Shown here one piece after another: positions 1 to 9,081 of a DNA stretch of 64,000 nucleotides (positions are counted from its first letter, which is position 1; every line of letters starts with the position of its first letter). This DNA comes from Candidatus Sulfomarinibacteraceae bacterium. GTDB taxonomy: Bacteria; Acidobacteriota; Thermoanaerobaculia; Thermoanaerobaculales; Sulfomarinibacteraceae. The translations under genes and the position numbers were made by a program. The notes under the pieces were generated by a model, which was not told the origin of the DNA, did no database searches, and saw only the letters and a list, made by a program, of their open reading frames with translations. The stretch spans positions 480,001 to 544,000 of the forward strand of contig CAWCLO010000001.1 of assembly GCA_963796455.1 (NCBI GenBank). The letters are read 5' to 3'.

Positions 1-2133
1 ATCGTTCGTTTATTTCTGCTGCCGGGAATCAGGGACTCGCAGGCCGGGCTGAAGGGATTCTCAGCCGACGCCGCTTCAGCCCTTTTCGGCAAATGGAGCC
101 CCAGTGGGTTTGGCTTTGACCTCGCGATCCTCGCTCGGGCCCGGTCGTTCGACTTCAAGATCGTACAGGTGCCGGTGCTCTTTCGATACGACAGCGAGCC
201 GACCACGGTCCGTTTCCTGGCCGATACCGTGCTCATGCTGCGCGATATTGCTCGCGTGCGACTGCGGATCGGCGGTCCGACCATCCGAGAGAGCCTGCGC
301 GAGTTCTCCGGCTGGATCCGTCGCCGGATCGAAAGGGTCGATGGAGCGATGGCGAGGCCCACCTACAGATCGCTGGGATTGGCCGCGTGCTGTGTGGGCA
401 TCATCGGTGTCGCCGTTTTTCGTCTTTGGCTGCCATCGGGCTCGATGGCCGTGCTCTCCTGGCTCCTGGCCCTAGTCGCATTCCTCCTCCTCACCCGCGG
501 TGCCGATGAACCTCTCGAAAGCGCACGATCGTCGCTTTTTTCGAAACGGGGTGAGGGGATGATCTTTGTTCTGATTTTCGCCCTGACCGCTTTCCTCCGA
601 CTCTGGCATCTCGGAGATGCCCCGCCGATGATCCACGGCGACTCCGCCGAATGTGGTCTTCAGGGCCTCGACATTCTCCGCGGACGTGTCGTTGACGTGT
701 TTGACTTCAGCCGTTGGTACAACACGCCCTACTTCGCATATTTGCCTTATGCCGTGAGCTTTGCGACGGCTGGCCTGACCATCGTCGGGCTGCGACTGCC
801 AACCGCCGTGCTCGGCATCCTGGCGATGATTCCCCTCTATTTCATGGTCCGGTCGTGGTTCGGTACAAGGGCCGCGCAAATTGCAGCCACGCTCTATGCG
901 GTGTCACACGCCGCCATCCATTTCGGCCGAATCGGTCTCTGGAACATCCAGACGCTCTTCCTCGAGCTGATCGCTTTCGCGCTGCTGATGCGGGCATTGC
1001 GAATTCGCAAGGTGTTTCCCGCCGCAGCGGCCGGCATCGCGGCAGGTCTCGCACTGTTTTCCTACACCGCCGGCCGTTTGATTCTGGTGGTCGGTGTGGC
1101 TTTCTTCATCATCCAGTTCCTTCAAGGCAACCGACGGCTCGTCTCTCGACTCCTGATTTTCTTCCTCCTGGGTGCAACCATCACGGCAATTCCGCTCTTT
1201 CTGAACTACGTCAAATCACCCCATATTCTGCTGGAAGACCGCACCGGCAGCGTCATGGTTCTGTCCGAGAGCAATCGGGTCCACCTCGCCCAGGAGATGG
1301 ACAACCTGTCGGCAACCGAGATCCTCTGGCGGCAGACCCGTACGGCCCTCGCAGGCTTTGCCACCATCGGCGATGCCAGCGGCCAGTACGGAACCGTGCA
1401 ACCTCTTCTGTCCTGGGTCACGGCTTTTCTGGCAGCCATCGGTTTTCTCATTGCCCTCCTACGGATCCGACAACCACCTTCCCAATTCCTCATCCTGTGG
1501 ACTGTGCTCGGACTGTTGCTTTCGAGTATTCTCGTCATCGACCCACCGTTTTATCCTCGCCTGATCGTGCTGTTTCCCGTGCCGTTCATATTTGCCGCAT
1601 CCGCCCTCGAGACAGGGCTCTCCCGATTGAGGGAGGACCGACGGCGGCAGCGATGGGCGGCGGCCGCGATCTGTCTGGCGGTCCTCGCCCAGTCGGCGTA
1701 TTTTTCCCTTACCGGCTACCGTCGGTATCTCGTTGCGATGGATGTGGATACCATCGAGTGGGATGTGGTCGAGGTCTTTGAGCGGGTCGGAACAGATCAC
1801 GACTACTATCTTTTTGGCGGCCCGACAATAACCGTCCTTCTCCCAGCATTGGAGCTCTTCGCCGATGACCGTCGGGTCGTGGTGGGCTTCACTCCACAGG
1901 ATGTGCCCGCAGATCTTCTTCAAAACACGGTTTTTATCGCTTTTTCTTCGGTGATCGAAGACCACACTCAGTTGCAACAGTTGGGAACGGTCATCAGCGA
2001 GCGGTTCCCGCAAACTCACCGGGAAGTGACCCACAGCCACAACCGCCGGCAGTTGGTTCTCTTTTTCTCGTCGCCGCTCGGCGGTTCTCGGGCCCGCCCT
2101 GGAGGTGCGAATGCGCATGACTCTGATCCATGA
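1..2133 (+). CDS. Fusion of a GT2 polyprenol-phosphate glycosyltransferase C-terminal part with an ArnT/PMT-like (GT-C) membrane glycosyltransferase; 5' end lies outside the window
   Basis: Frame is open from base 1: IRDSQAGLKGF...GFGFDLAIL...VQVPVLF is a DPM/DPG-synthase-like GT2 tail. It continues without a stop into a multi-TM region with LRLWHLGDAPPMIHGD, typical of GT-C loop 1. Confidence 0.75.
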   Translation: MVRLFLLPGIRDSQAGLKGFSADAASALFGKWSPSGFGFDLAILARARSFDFKIVQVPVLFRYDSEPTTVRFLADTVLMLRDIARVRLRIGGPTIRESLREFSGWIRRRIERVDGAMARPTYRSLGLAACCVGIIGVAVFRLWLPSGSMAVLSWLLALVAFLLLTRGADEPLESARSSLFSKRGEGMIFVLIFALTAFLRLWHLGDAPPMIHGDSAECGLQGLDILRGRVVDVFDFSRWYNTPYFAYLPYAVSFATAGLTIVGLRLPTAVLGILAMIPLYFMVRSWFGTRAAQIAATLYAVSHAAIHFGRIGLWNIQTLFLELIAFALLMRALRIRKVFPAAAAGIAAGLALFSYTAGRLILVVGVAFFIIQFLQGNRRLVSRLLIFFLLGATITAIPLFLNYVKSPHILLEDRTGSVMVLSESNRVHLAQEMDNLSATEILWRQTRTALAGFATIGDASGQYGTVQPLLSWVTAFLAAIGFLIALLRIRQPPSQFLILWTVLGLLLSSILVIDPPFYPRLIVLFPVPFIFAASALETGLSRLREDRRRQRWAAAAICLAVLAQSAYFSLTGYRRYLVAMDVDTIEWDVVEVFERVGTDHDYYLFGGPTITVLLPALELFADDRRVVVGFTPQDVPADLLQNTVFIAFSSVIEDHTQLQQLGTVISERFPQTHREVTHSHNRRQLVLFFSSPLGGSRARPGGANAHDSDP

Positions 2134-2941
2134 TCTGACCCTGCGGAGAAAAGTTCTCGTCCGGTGCACCGCCGCGTGCTGCCTGATGACCGCTGTATTT
2201 GCATCTGCGCAGACCGAAACCACGCCGCAACAATTTGATGTCGTGTTCATGGAGAGGGCCGAAGCCGCCGCCCGAACTGTCCTGTCCGCTGAAATGCGGA
2301 GCCCACATGACAATATCCGATGGGTCGCTCTGCGAGCCGCCACGGAACTCCGCGATCCGTGGATCGCCGCAGCGGCCCAGCCGATGTGCGAATCCACCGA
2401 CATCCTCGAACAGGTTCTAGCCCTGGAGTTGATCACAAATACAGATGCGGCTCGCGGCAGAGCCCAATTTCTGACCGCCCTTCAATCGCCTGACCGCGCG
2501 GTTCGACTTCGGGGTCTGCTCGGTCTGGAAAAAATCGGCGATCCGGAAACGACGCTAGAAATCGCCCGCCATTTGACAGATGACGACGACCCCGATCTCA
2601 GGGCGGTGGCAGCCCGCGCCCTCGGTTCGATCGGAGATCCCGCGGCGGTCCCCGCCCTCTATTCTGCCGTCGGCGACCCGCACGCCACCGTCCGGCGCGC
2701 AGCCGTTGCAGCCCTGGTCGAAACCGGAGACACCGACATCGGGAGATACCTCGTCAGCCGCCTCCAGCACGGCAACCCCTCGGAAACCCTGCCCCTTCTC
2801 CGATTGCTGACGCTGGTGAGAGATCCGCTGCTTGTTCCGGAGCTAGAACCATTTTTGCGGCACGACCTGGAAGAGGCCAGAGCGTGGGCGGCAGCGGCCA
2901 TCCTCGCCGCCCTCGAAACATCTCACTCCACGGCCCCCTGA
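2111..2941 (+). CDS. HEAT-repeat protein with probable signal peptide
   Basis: Repeated VR..A..ALG.IGD units; GGAGG RBS at 2101-2105. Confidence 0.8.
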   Translation: MRMTLIHDLTLRRKVLVRCTAACCLMTAVFASAQTETTPQQFDVVFMERAEAAARTVLSAEMRSPHDNIRWVALRAATELRDPWIAAAAQPMCESTDILEQVLALELITNTDAARGRAQFLTALQSPDRAVRLRGLLGLEKIGDPETTLEIARHLTDDDDPDLRAVAARALGSIGDPAAVPALYSAVGDPHATVRRAAVAALVETGDTDIGRYLVSRLQHGNPSETLPLLRLLTLVRDPLLVPELEPFLRHDLEEARAWAAAAILAALETSHSTAP

Positions 2942-3552
2942 TGGTCGACCCCGCGGTCGCCCGCCACTTCGCCGAATCCGCGGAAAACTACTCTCGTTTC
3001 CGGGGTCGCGGACCGCTCGGCTGGATCAGAGATCAGGAACAACGGGCGGTGCGGGATCTGGTAGATATCGAACCGGGAGAGCGGGTCCTCGACGCCGGAT
3101 GCGGTGATGGAGCCACCCTCGACTGGCTCGCCGAATCCGGCGCCTTGGCCACCGGCATCGATCTCAGTTGGCCGATGGCCCGTCTGTGCTCTGCCGCCGG
3201 CCACCCCGTCGCCGTGCAGGACATCGAGCGACCCGGGCTTCAACCGGTCTTCGATTGGGTTCTGTGCATCGGTGCGATGGAGTTTGTATCCGATCCCGCG
3301 CGGGCCCTCAGCCGTCTCGCAGGCTGCCTTGTTCCCGGTGGCAGACTGGTCCTGCTTTACCCCCGCAGGAGTGCTCTCGGATCGCTCTATGCCCTCTATC
3401 ACCGAAGCCACGGCGCCCGGATCCACACCTTTGACCGCGGCCGGGTCACCGGTCTGATGCAGAGCGCCGGCCTTGCCGCTCCGGAGAGCTGGCGCAACTG
3501 CATGTTGGCGAGCGTTTGCCGCACCCGACTCGCGGCGGTCAGGTCGCCGTGA
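2941..3552 (+). CDS. Class I SAM-dependent methyltransferase
   Basis: VLDAGCGDG motif I and GIDLS; ATG overlaps the upstream TGA. Confidence 0.85.
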   Translation: MVDPAVARHFAESAENYSRFRGRGPLGWIRDQEQRAVRDLVDIEPGERVLDAGCGDGATLDWLAESGALATGIDLSWPMARLCSAAGHPVAVQDIERPGLQPVFDWVLCIGAMEFVSDPARALSRLAGCLVPGGRLVLLYPRRSALGSLYALYHRSHGARIHTFDRGRVTGLMQSAGLAAPESWRNCMLASVCRTRLAAVRSP

Positions 3553-4337
3553 AACCGCTGCTGCTGACCTTTGACGTCGAGGAGTTCGACTGGTTGGTCG
3601 ATGGCGCTCGACCGATGCCGCCCGCCGAGCAGATCGCAATCACGGCTGAAGGCCTCCGCTTGCTGATACCGATTCTGCAAAACAGCCGGGCGCGCGCCAC
3701 TTTCTTTGTCACCGGCACATTTGCCGAGAGCCAGGGCGAGCTGGTGGCCCAACTCGCCGACTCGGGCCACGAGATTGGCGTCCACGGCCTCGAGCACGGG
3801 GATGACTACGCAAGCCTGGATCCAGGAGAGGCCACAGGGAGACTGCTTCGCGCGCGCGAGATCGTGGAAGGTGCCAGCGGGCAGACGGCTTCCGGCCTCC
3901 GGACCCCGCGGCTCAGAAAGTGCCCGGCAACTGTGGTCCGTGAGGCCGGTTTTGCCTACGACGCGTCGCCTCACCCAACCTGGGTCCCCGGGCGCTATTT
4001 CGGCCTCCTGCTGTCGCGCAAACCGTGGCAGGAGGAGTCAATCACCATGGTCCCGATATCTGTCCTTCCGGTCCTGAGAACGCCGGTCTCGTGGCAGTGG
4101 TTCCAGATTGCCGGCCGCGGTCTCGGGGTCGCGGCCCTCCGCCTTGCAGCCCTCGGCGCACCTTATCTCCACCTCTACTTTCACCCGTGGGAGGCCATCG
4201 ATCTGCGCAGCGTCGGAATCGATACGCCGGTGACCAGGCGGACCGGGCCGCCCTTCCTCGAGGCCATGACGGCAATCCTCGCGCGAACCTCAGGCTGGAC
4301 CGAGACCACCACGGTGATCGATTTCATCAAGAGATGA
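3549..4337 (+). CDS. Polysaccharide deacetylase family protein (DUF3473-like C-terminus)
   Basis: LTFDVEEF, ATFFVTG, GHEIGVHGLEH and YFHPWE motifs. Confidence 0.85.
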   Translation: MKPLLLTFDVEEFDWLVDGARPMPPAEQIAITAEGLRLLIPILQNSRARATFFVTGTFAESQGELVAQLADSGHEIGVHGLEHGDDYASLDPGEATGRLLRAREIVEGASGQTASGLRTPRLRKCPATVVREAGFAYDASPHPTWVPGRYFGLLLSRKPWQEESITMVPISVLPVLRTPVSWQWFQIAGRGLGVAALRLAALGAPYLHLYFHPWEAIDLRSVGIDTPVTRRTGPPFLEAMTAILARTSGWTETTTVIDFIKR

Positions 4338-4467
4338 CACCTTGGCAGGCCGGACAGGCCGACCATCTGTGCTTCGCACCCGGCGACCGCGTTCGATATT
4401 CATATTTTTAGCCGGACTCTATTTCTGATAATTTGTCTCAAACACATGCATCCCGAAGGAGAACACA

Positions 4468-5292
4468 ATGAAACACTTTTTGGGCTCGGTCCTGGCGCTT
4501 CTTCTCGCGATTCCCGCCTCGGCCAACGTCACGTACGAGATCGAGGTCAAAGATCACAAGCAGTCGCCAGCAAAGACATCGCTGATGAAATTCCTGGTTC
4601 TCGACAAGATGCTCAAACTCGATTCATCCTCGGTCGACGGAGATTTCAACGGTGAGATGATCTTTCGCGGTGAGGGTGAGAGCAAAAAGATGATCATCGT
4701 GAACCACGATGAGAAGTCCTATTTTGTGATCGACGAGGAGGCCATGAAGGAGATCGCGGCGAAGCTCGACAACGCGATGGCGATGATGGAGCAGGCGCTG
4801 GCCAACGTCCCGGAGAGTCAGCGCGAACAATTCGAAATAATCATGAAACAGAAAATGCCCGAACAACCTGTGCCGCGCGAAAAAACCGAGCTTCGCCCAA
4901 CCAGCGACACCGATACAGTCAACAACTATCCCTGCGTCCGGTACGAGCTGTGGAAGAGCGGCGCCAAGATCCGCGATCTGTGGGTCACTGATTGGAAGAA
5001 CATCGACGGCGGCAATGAAGTGGCCGACGCCTTTCAGGAAATGTCCGAGTTCTTCAGGGAGATGATGGACAGTTTGCCGCAATTCGGAGGTGGCCGGCAG
5101 TCCTTGGGCGATCCATCCTTCGAACACCTCCGCGAAATGAAGGGCTTCCCGGTTCTGACCAGCGAATTCGACACCGACGGTTCGCTCGAGAGCGAGGCTA
5201 CACTCAAGTCGGCGACTTCCGGAGAAATCGATCCCGATGCCTTCGATCCGCCCAAAGGCTACATGAAAAAGGAAATGTTCAGAGGGCAATAG
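4468..5292 (+). CDS. Secreted DUF4412-like protein
   Basis: Signal peptide (ASA), LWVT motif and C-terminal FDPPKGY; AGGAG RBS. Confidence 0.65.
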   Translation: MKHFLGSVLALLLAIPASANVTYEIEVKDHKQSPAKTSLMKFLVLDKMLKLDSSSVDGDFNGEMIFRGEGESKKMIIVNHDEKSYFVIDEEAMKEIAAKLDNAMAMMEQALANVPESQREQFEIIMKQKMPEQPVPREKTELRPTSDTDTVNNYPCVRYELWKSGAKIRDLWVTDWKNIDGGNEVADAFQEMSEFFREMMDSLPQFGGGRQSLGDPSFEHLREMKGFPVLTSEFDTDGSLESEATLKSATSGEIDPDAFDPPKGYMKKEMFRGQ

Positions 5293-5347
5293 GCCGGCGG
5301 GAGAACATTGGAACGAGATCGGAATCAGGAATTCGCGCGCACGGAGT

Positions 5348-5525
5348 AACCGCAGATAGAGCAGATGGAAGCAGAAAAAAAACGACCAAAGGACAAGAGA
5401 CGTGATGAATCTCCAGAAGACACCACGCTCAGGTGCTTTGGCAAAGAGTGTCGTCACAATGTGATTGGGTTGTTCAAATGACGGGTCCGAGATCTGCGTT
5501 CATCTGCGTGATCTGCGGTTTCTCC
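5348..5525. repeat. Inverted nonamer arrays (CGCAGATNA)n...(ATCTGCGTN)n flanking about 115 bp
   Basis: AACCGCAGAT at 5348-5357 and ATCTGCGGTT at 5511-5520. The 34-bp right arm recurs at 15092-15125 (inverted) and 52478-52511. Confidence 0.8.
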
Positions 5526-5581
5526 GAATCCACCCGCATGATATCGAGGAAATAAACCACCTGCAGCGATAGAATCTCTTC

Positions 5582-6307
5582 GTGGTTGCCAAGAAAAAAA
5601 AGAAATCGAAGAAAAAAACCTCTCGCCGGTGGGGCCTGCGTCTGCTGGCCACGGTGTGCTCGGTCCTTCTGGCTGGAGCGGCCGTCGTCATCTTCACCTG
5701 GCCCGATGTCGCCGCATTGGCCGAGCAACCGCCGGAAACGACCGCCTTTGTCGAGCGTGCCCGATTGCAGGGGAAGGAAGTCGGTTGGCGTTGGGTGCCC
5801 TACGACCAGATCTCACAGGAGCTGAAAAAAACGGTCGTGGCGGCAGAGGACATGAGCTTTTTTTCGCACAACGGCTTCGACACCCACGAGATCAAGGTGG
5901 CGGCCCGCGACGCGGTGCGCGGCAAGCAGGTCCGGGGTGCGTCGACGATCACCCAACAGCTCGCCAAGAATCTGTGGCTGACCCCATCACGCTCACCAAC
6001 CCGGAAGATCAGGGAGTTCATCCTGACCCGCCAACTCGAGGATCGACTCTCAAAACAGAGAATTCTCGAGCTCTATTTGAATGTCGTCCAGTTCGGGCCC
6101 AACACTTTTGGCGCGGAGGCTGCCGCCCGCGAGTATTTCGGGCTGCCAGCCGCCGAACTCGACCGTCGCCAGGCGGCTTCTCTCGCGGCCTCGCTGCCCC
6201 GGCCTTCGAGCTGGCACCCGGGTGTCACCGACGCAGCCTATCAAAGAAGCATCGCCCGAATATCGGCCAGGGCGGACCAGGCAGACTGGATCGATCAACT
6301 GCTGTAA
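5582..6307 (+). CDS. mtgA: Monofunctional peptidoglycan transglycosylase
   Basis: GT51 motifs AAED..FFSHNGFD, RGASTITQQLAKNL, RKIRE and KQRILELYLN. Confidence 0.9.
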   Translation: MVAKKKKKSKKKTSRRWGLRLLATVCSVLLAGAAVVIFTWPDVAALAEQPPETTAFVERARLQGKEVGWRWVPYDQISQELKKTVVAAEDMSFFSHNGFDTHEIKVAARDAVRGKQVRGASTITQQLAKNLWLTPSRSPTRKIREFILTRQLEDRLSKQRILELYLNVVQFGPNTFGAEAAAREYFGLPAAELDRRQAASLAASLPRPSSWHPGVTDAAYQRSIARISARADQADWIDQLL

Positions 6308-6352
6308 GATTTCGTGGTTACCAAAAAATCGGAACGCCGGAGGATCATCACC

Positions 6353-7330
6353 ATGAGAAGCATCAAGTTGATCGCGCTCGCATCCGTTACCGTACTCGCC
6401 GTTTCGTGCGCGCCCGCCGGCCCGGGCCCGGAACAGGCCGCAACGATGGAAGAGCCGACGATGGAAGGCCTCGAAAACGGCTCTTTCACGACCGAACTCA
6501 ACGGTTTCGACATCCATTATGAGGTGCACGGTCAAGGGCCTGTCCTGATGACCTTGCCCAACTCGTGGGGTTTGTCGCTTGAAGGCCTTCGAGCCATGTA
6601 TCGGCCGCTGGAGACCGGATTGACGATGGTCTATTTCGATCCCCGCGGAATGGGAGAGTCCGCACCCATCGTCAACGACGACGATATGGCGATGGAGGCC
6701 GTCCGGGCTGACTTTCAGGCCCTTCGCGAGCACCTCGGCCTGGCAGCGGTCAACGCCATCGGGTGGTCGAACGGCGCCATGAACCTCATCGAACTCGCCT
6801 CAGAAAGCCCCTCCACCCTGAGTGCAGCGATCTTCGTTCACGGTGCGGCAAGCTTTGCCGAAGAGGACTCGGCTCTCATGGCGCAGAAATATCCCGAACT
6901 CATCAGCAAGTGGATGGAATTCGAGACCTTGATGCAGACCGACACCGAGCTCACCACCGCAGAACGGACCGCGTTGATGCGAGTTCTGTGGCTCGAAGAC
7001 TGGTTCCCACTCTCGACCGGAGACCCGGCCGGCGCCGCAGTCCTCTTCGAAAGGCTGTTCGGGGAAGCCGAGTTCAGTTGGGCGCACGCCGATTACACCA
7101 ACAAGCGCTATCCCACCTTTGACGCTCGCGACCGCCTCCCCTTGATCACGGCCCGCAGTCTGGTGGTCGCCGGAACCCACGACATGTTCTCGGTCGAAAA
7201 GGTCGAGGTACTGGCGGATGGCATTGCGGACGCACAATTGGTGGTTTTTGAGTCGAGCGGCCATTTTGCACCGGCCGAAGAAGAGGAAGCCTTCAAGCGG
7301 GCTGTCTTCGACTTCCTGGGAGTTGAGTAA
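6353..7330 (+). CDS. Alpha/beta hydrolase, probable lipoprotein
   Basis: LAVSC lipobox, YFDPRGMGES, GWSNGA nucleophile elbow and SGH. Confidence 0.85.
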   Translation: MRSIKLIALASVTVLAVSCAPAGPGPEQAATMEEPTMEGLENGSFTTELNGFDIHYEVHGQGPVLMTLPNSWGLSLEGLRAMYRPLETGLTMVYFDPRGMGESAPIVNDDDMAMEAVRADFQALREHLGLAAVNAIGWSNGAMNLIELASESPSTLSAAIFVHGAASFAEEDSALMAQKYPELISKWMEFETLMQTDTELTTAERTALMRVLWLEDWFPLSTGDPAGAAVLFERLFGEAEFSWAHADYTNKRYPTFDARDRLPLITARSLVVAGTHDMFSVEKVEVLADGIADAQLVVFESSGHFAPAEEEEAFKRAVFDFLGVE

Positions 7331-7365
7331 GAGCACGAATTCCAACGCGATCGTTGGTTCGATCC

Positions 7366-8229
7366 CTATTTCTTTTTGACCGGTGTTTCGGCTGGGGGTG
7401 GGTTTTCGAGTTCCGCCGGATCCCGACGATCGACAACACCCTCGGCAGGGCCTCTGAGACTGGCCGTCAAACGTCCGAAACTGAGTTTGAAATCAAGACG
7501 ATACAGTGTTCTCGTCGGACCTGGGTCGATCCAGTAGACAAACTCACCCTTGCGCGAAAACATCTCACCATCGGCGGTCACCGGCTGGACTCGCAGCAGC
7601 GTCCGTTTCCCATCAAAGGCCCTGAACTGTTTGCGCGGACCGACGTTGGAAATCGTTTCGATGCCGCCGTGATCGGTGAAAAGGGTCAGGGGAAACGTGG
7701 CTCCAACTTTCTCCGCCAGGGTGCGCCCGCGATAGACGAAAGCCATCGGGTCGAGGGCCGGGCCGCCCTCGTAGGGTGACTCCGCCGGCATACCCTTTTT
7801 GTTGGTGCGGATAACGCCCGCCTCGCGATCGATTCGGTAGTAGACGACCCGTCGTCTCCCGCGCTCGGTGATGTCGCTCTCATAGGCAACTGTGCTCATG
7901 GTCTCGGCATCGACCCAAGACTCGATTTGTCCGTCCACACGATAGATCTTGTTGAAGAACTTCGAGTTCCTCGCGGACATGAGGATGTGGTAAGTGGGCC
8001 GACCTTGATAGTCCTCGAGCCGGCTTTCCAGCGTCATTTCGCCGCACTTGACTCCGAGATACTCGACCACATAACGAAAGGGCCCATCGATCGGGATCGT
8101 CGCCGCGTTGTCGGTGACCACCGTACGAACAGGCTCCTCGGCGCGGCTCACCAGCACCGTCGCCGTGGCTGCACCTGCTGCAACCAGGGCAAAACCCAAC
8201 GCAAACCGCATGGTCCGTTTCATTCCCAT
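7366..8229 (-). CDS. DUF3108-like exported protein
   Basis: N-terminal hydrophobic anchor; Y.V.YLGVKCGE, IYRVD...SWVD and WI...P..LY patterns. Confidence 0.6.
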   Translation of the reverse strand: MGMKRTMRFALGFALVAAGAATATVLVSRAEEPVRTVVTDNAATIPIDGPFRYVVEYLGVKCGEMTLESRLEDYQGRPTYHILMSARNSKFFNKIYRVDGQIESWVDAETMSTVAYESDITERGRRRVVYYRIDREAGVIRTNKKGMPAESPYEGGPALDPMAFVYRGRTLAEKVGATFPLTLFTDHGGIETISNVGPRKQFRAFDGKRTLLRVQPVTADGEMFSRKGEFVYWIDPGPTRTLYRLDFKLSFGRLTASLRGPAEGVVDRRDPAELENPPPAETPVKKK

Positions 8230-8236
8230 CAAACCA

Positions 8237-8899
8237 TTATCCTGCAGTCGACTCCGGATCGGCCACCTCGCCGTCGCGAGTTCGCCGATTCCGATACAAG
8301 GATCCATCGACTGCGGCGGCCATCCGGACGACATCGAGGTCGCCACCGAGAAAATCAGCGATCCGCTGCGCTTCACCGGAGGGGTTCCCGACCACATCCG
8401 AATATTTCACATAGACCGCATCCAGGTTTTTTCGGAAACGGATCTGAAATTCCACCTTCTCGAGGTGGTTCTCATACATCCTCAGAAGTTCTCCGTCATC
8501 GGTGTGCGAGTCTTCACCCCTGCGTTCGAGCATTTTTGCTTGCGAGGCAAGAACCTCGTGCACGTTGCGTCGCATGAAGACGATTTTGTAATCGTTGTCT
8601 GCCGGAAGGTGATTGAGCAGGGACGACACGACCTTGATGACCCTGCCCCGGGCGCTTCGCAACCAGCTTGTATCAGTAGCCGTTGCCAGGTCCATCACCC
8701 TCTCGTCCTCGAAATAGCCCTTCGGATTGTCCTCGTCGGCCGTCCGGGCGTCGTCGACCACCAACTCCAGACCGCCCGCCTCGAGCATCTTCATCGCCAT
8801 CGAGGTCCCGGACCTCGGCAGCCCGGAAACGATGACCACCGGTCTTCCATATTTCAGGCGCCGGACAACTCTTGAAAGCGCACCCGTCATGCTCCACAT
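8237..8899 (-). CDS. Sulfotransferase family protein
   Basis: 5'-PSB loop VSGLPRSGTS, NPKGYFE and MRR....LAS. The start codon is uncertain (8890 or 8899). Confidence 0.8.
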   Translation of the reverse strand: MWSMTGALSRVVRRLKYGRPVVIVSGLPRSGTSMAMKMLEAGGLELVVDDARTADEDNPKGYFEDERVMDLATATDTSWLRSARGRVIKVVSSLLNHLPADNDYKIVFMRRNVHEVLASQAKMLERRGEDSHTDDGELLRMYENHLEKVEFQIRFRKNLDAVYVKYSDVVGNPSGEAQRIADFLGGDLDVVRMAAAVDGSLYRNRRTRDGEVADPESTAG

Positions 8900-9081
8900 C
8901 TCCCTGGTTTGGCGGTACGGAATTCTCAACACCACCATCGGCGTTCTCTGATGTCGGACGATCATCGATCGGGTCGGCCACCGGCCGCCGATCGGCGTTC
9001 TGGCTATACTACAATGCCGCGATCGGAGCCATCATTCCGGTCCACTCTTGCGGCACGATATGCGCACCAACAGGAGATTCT

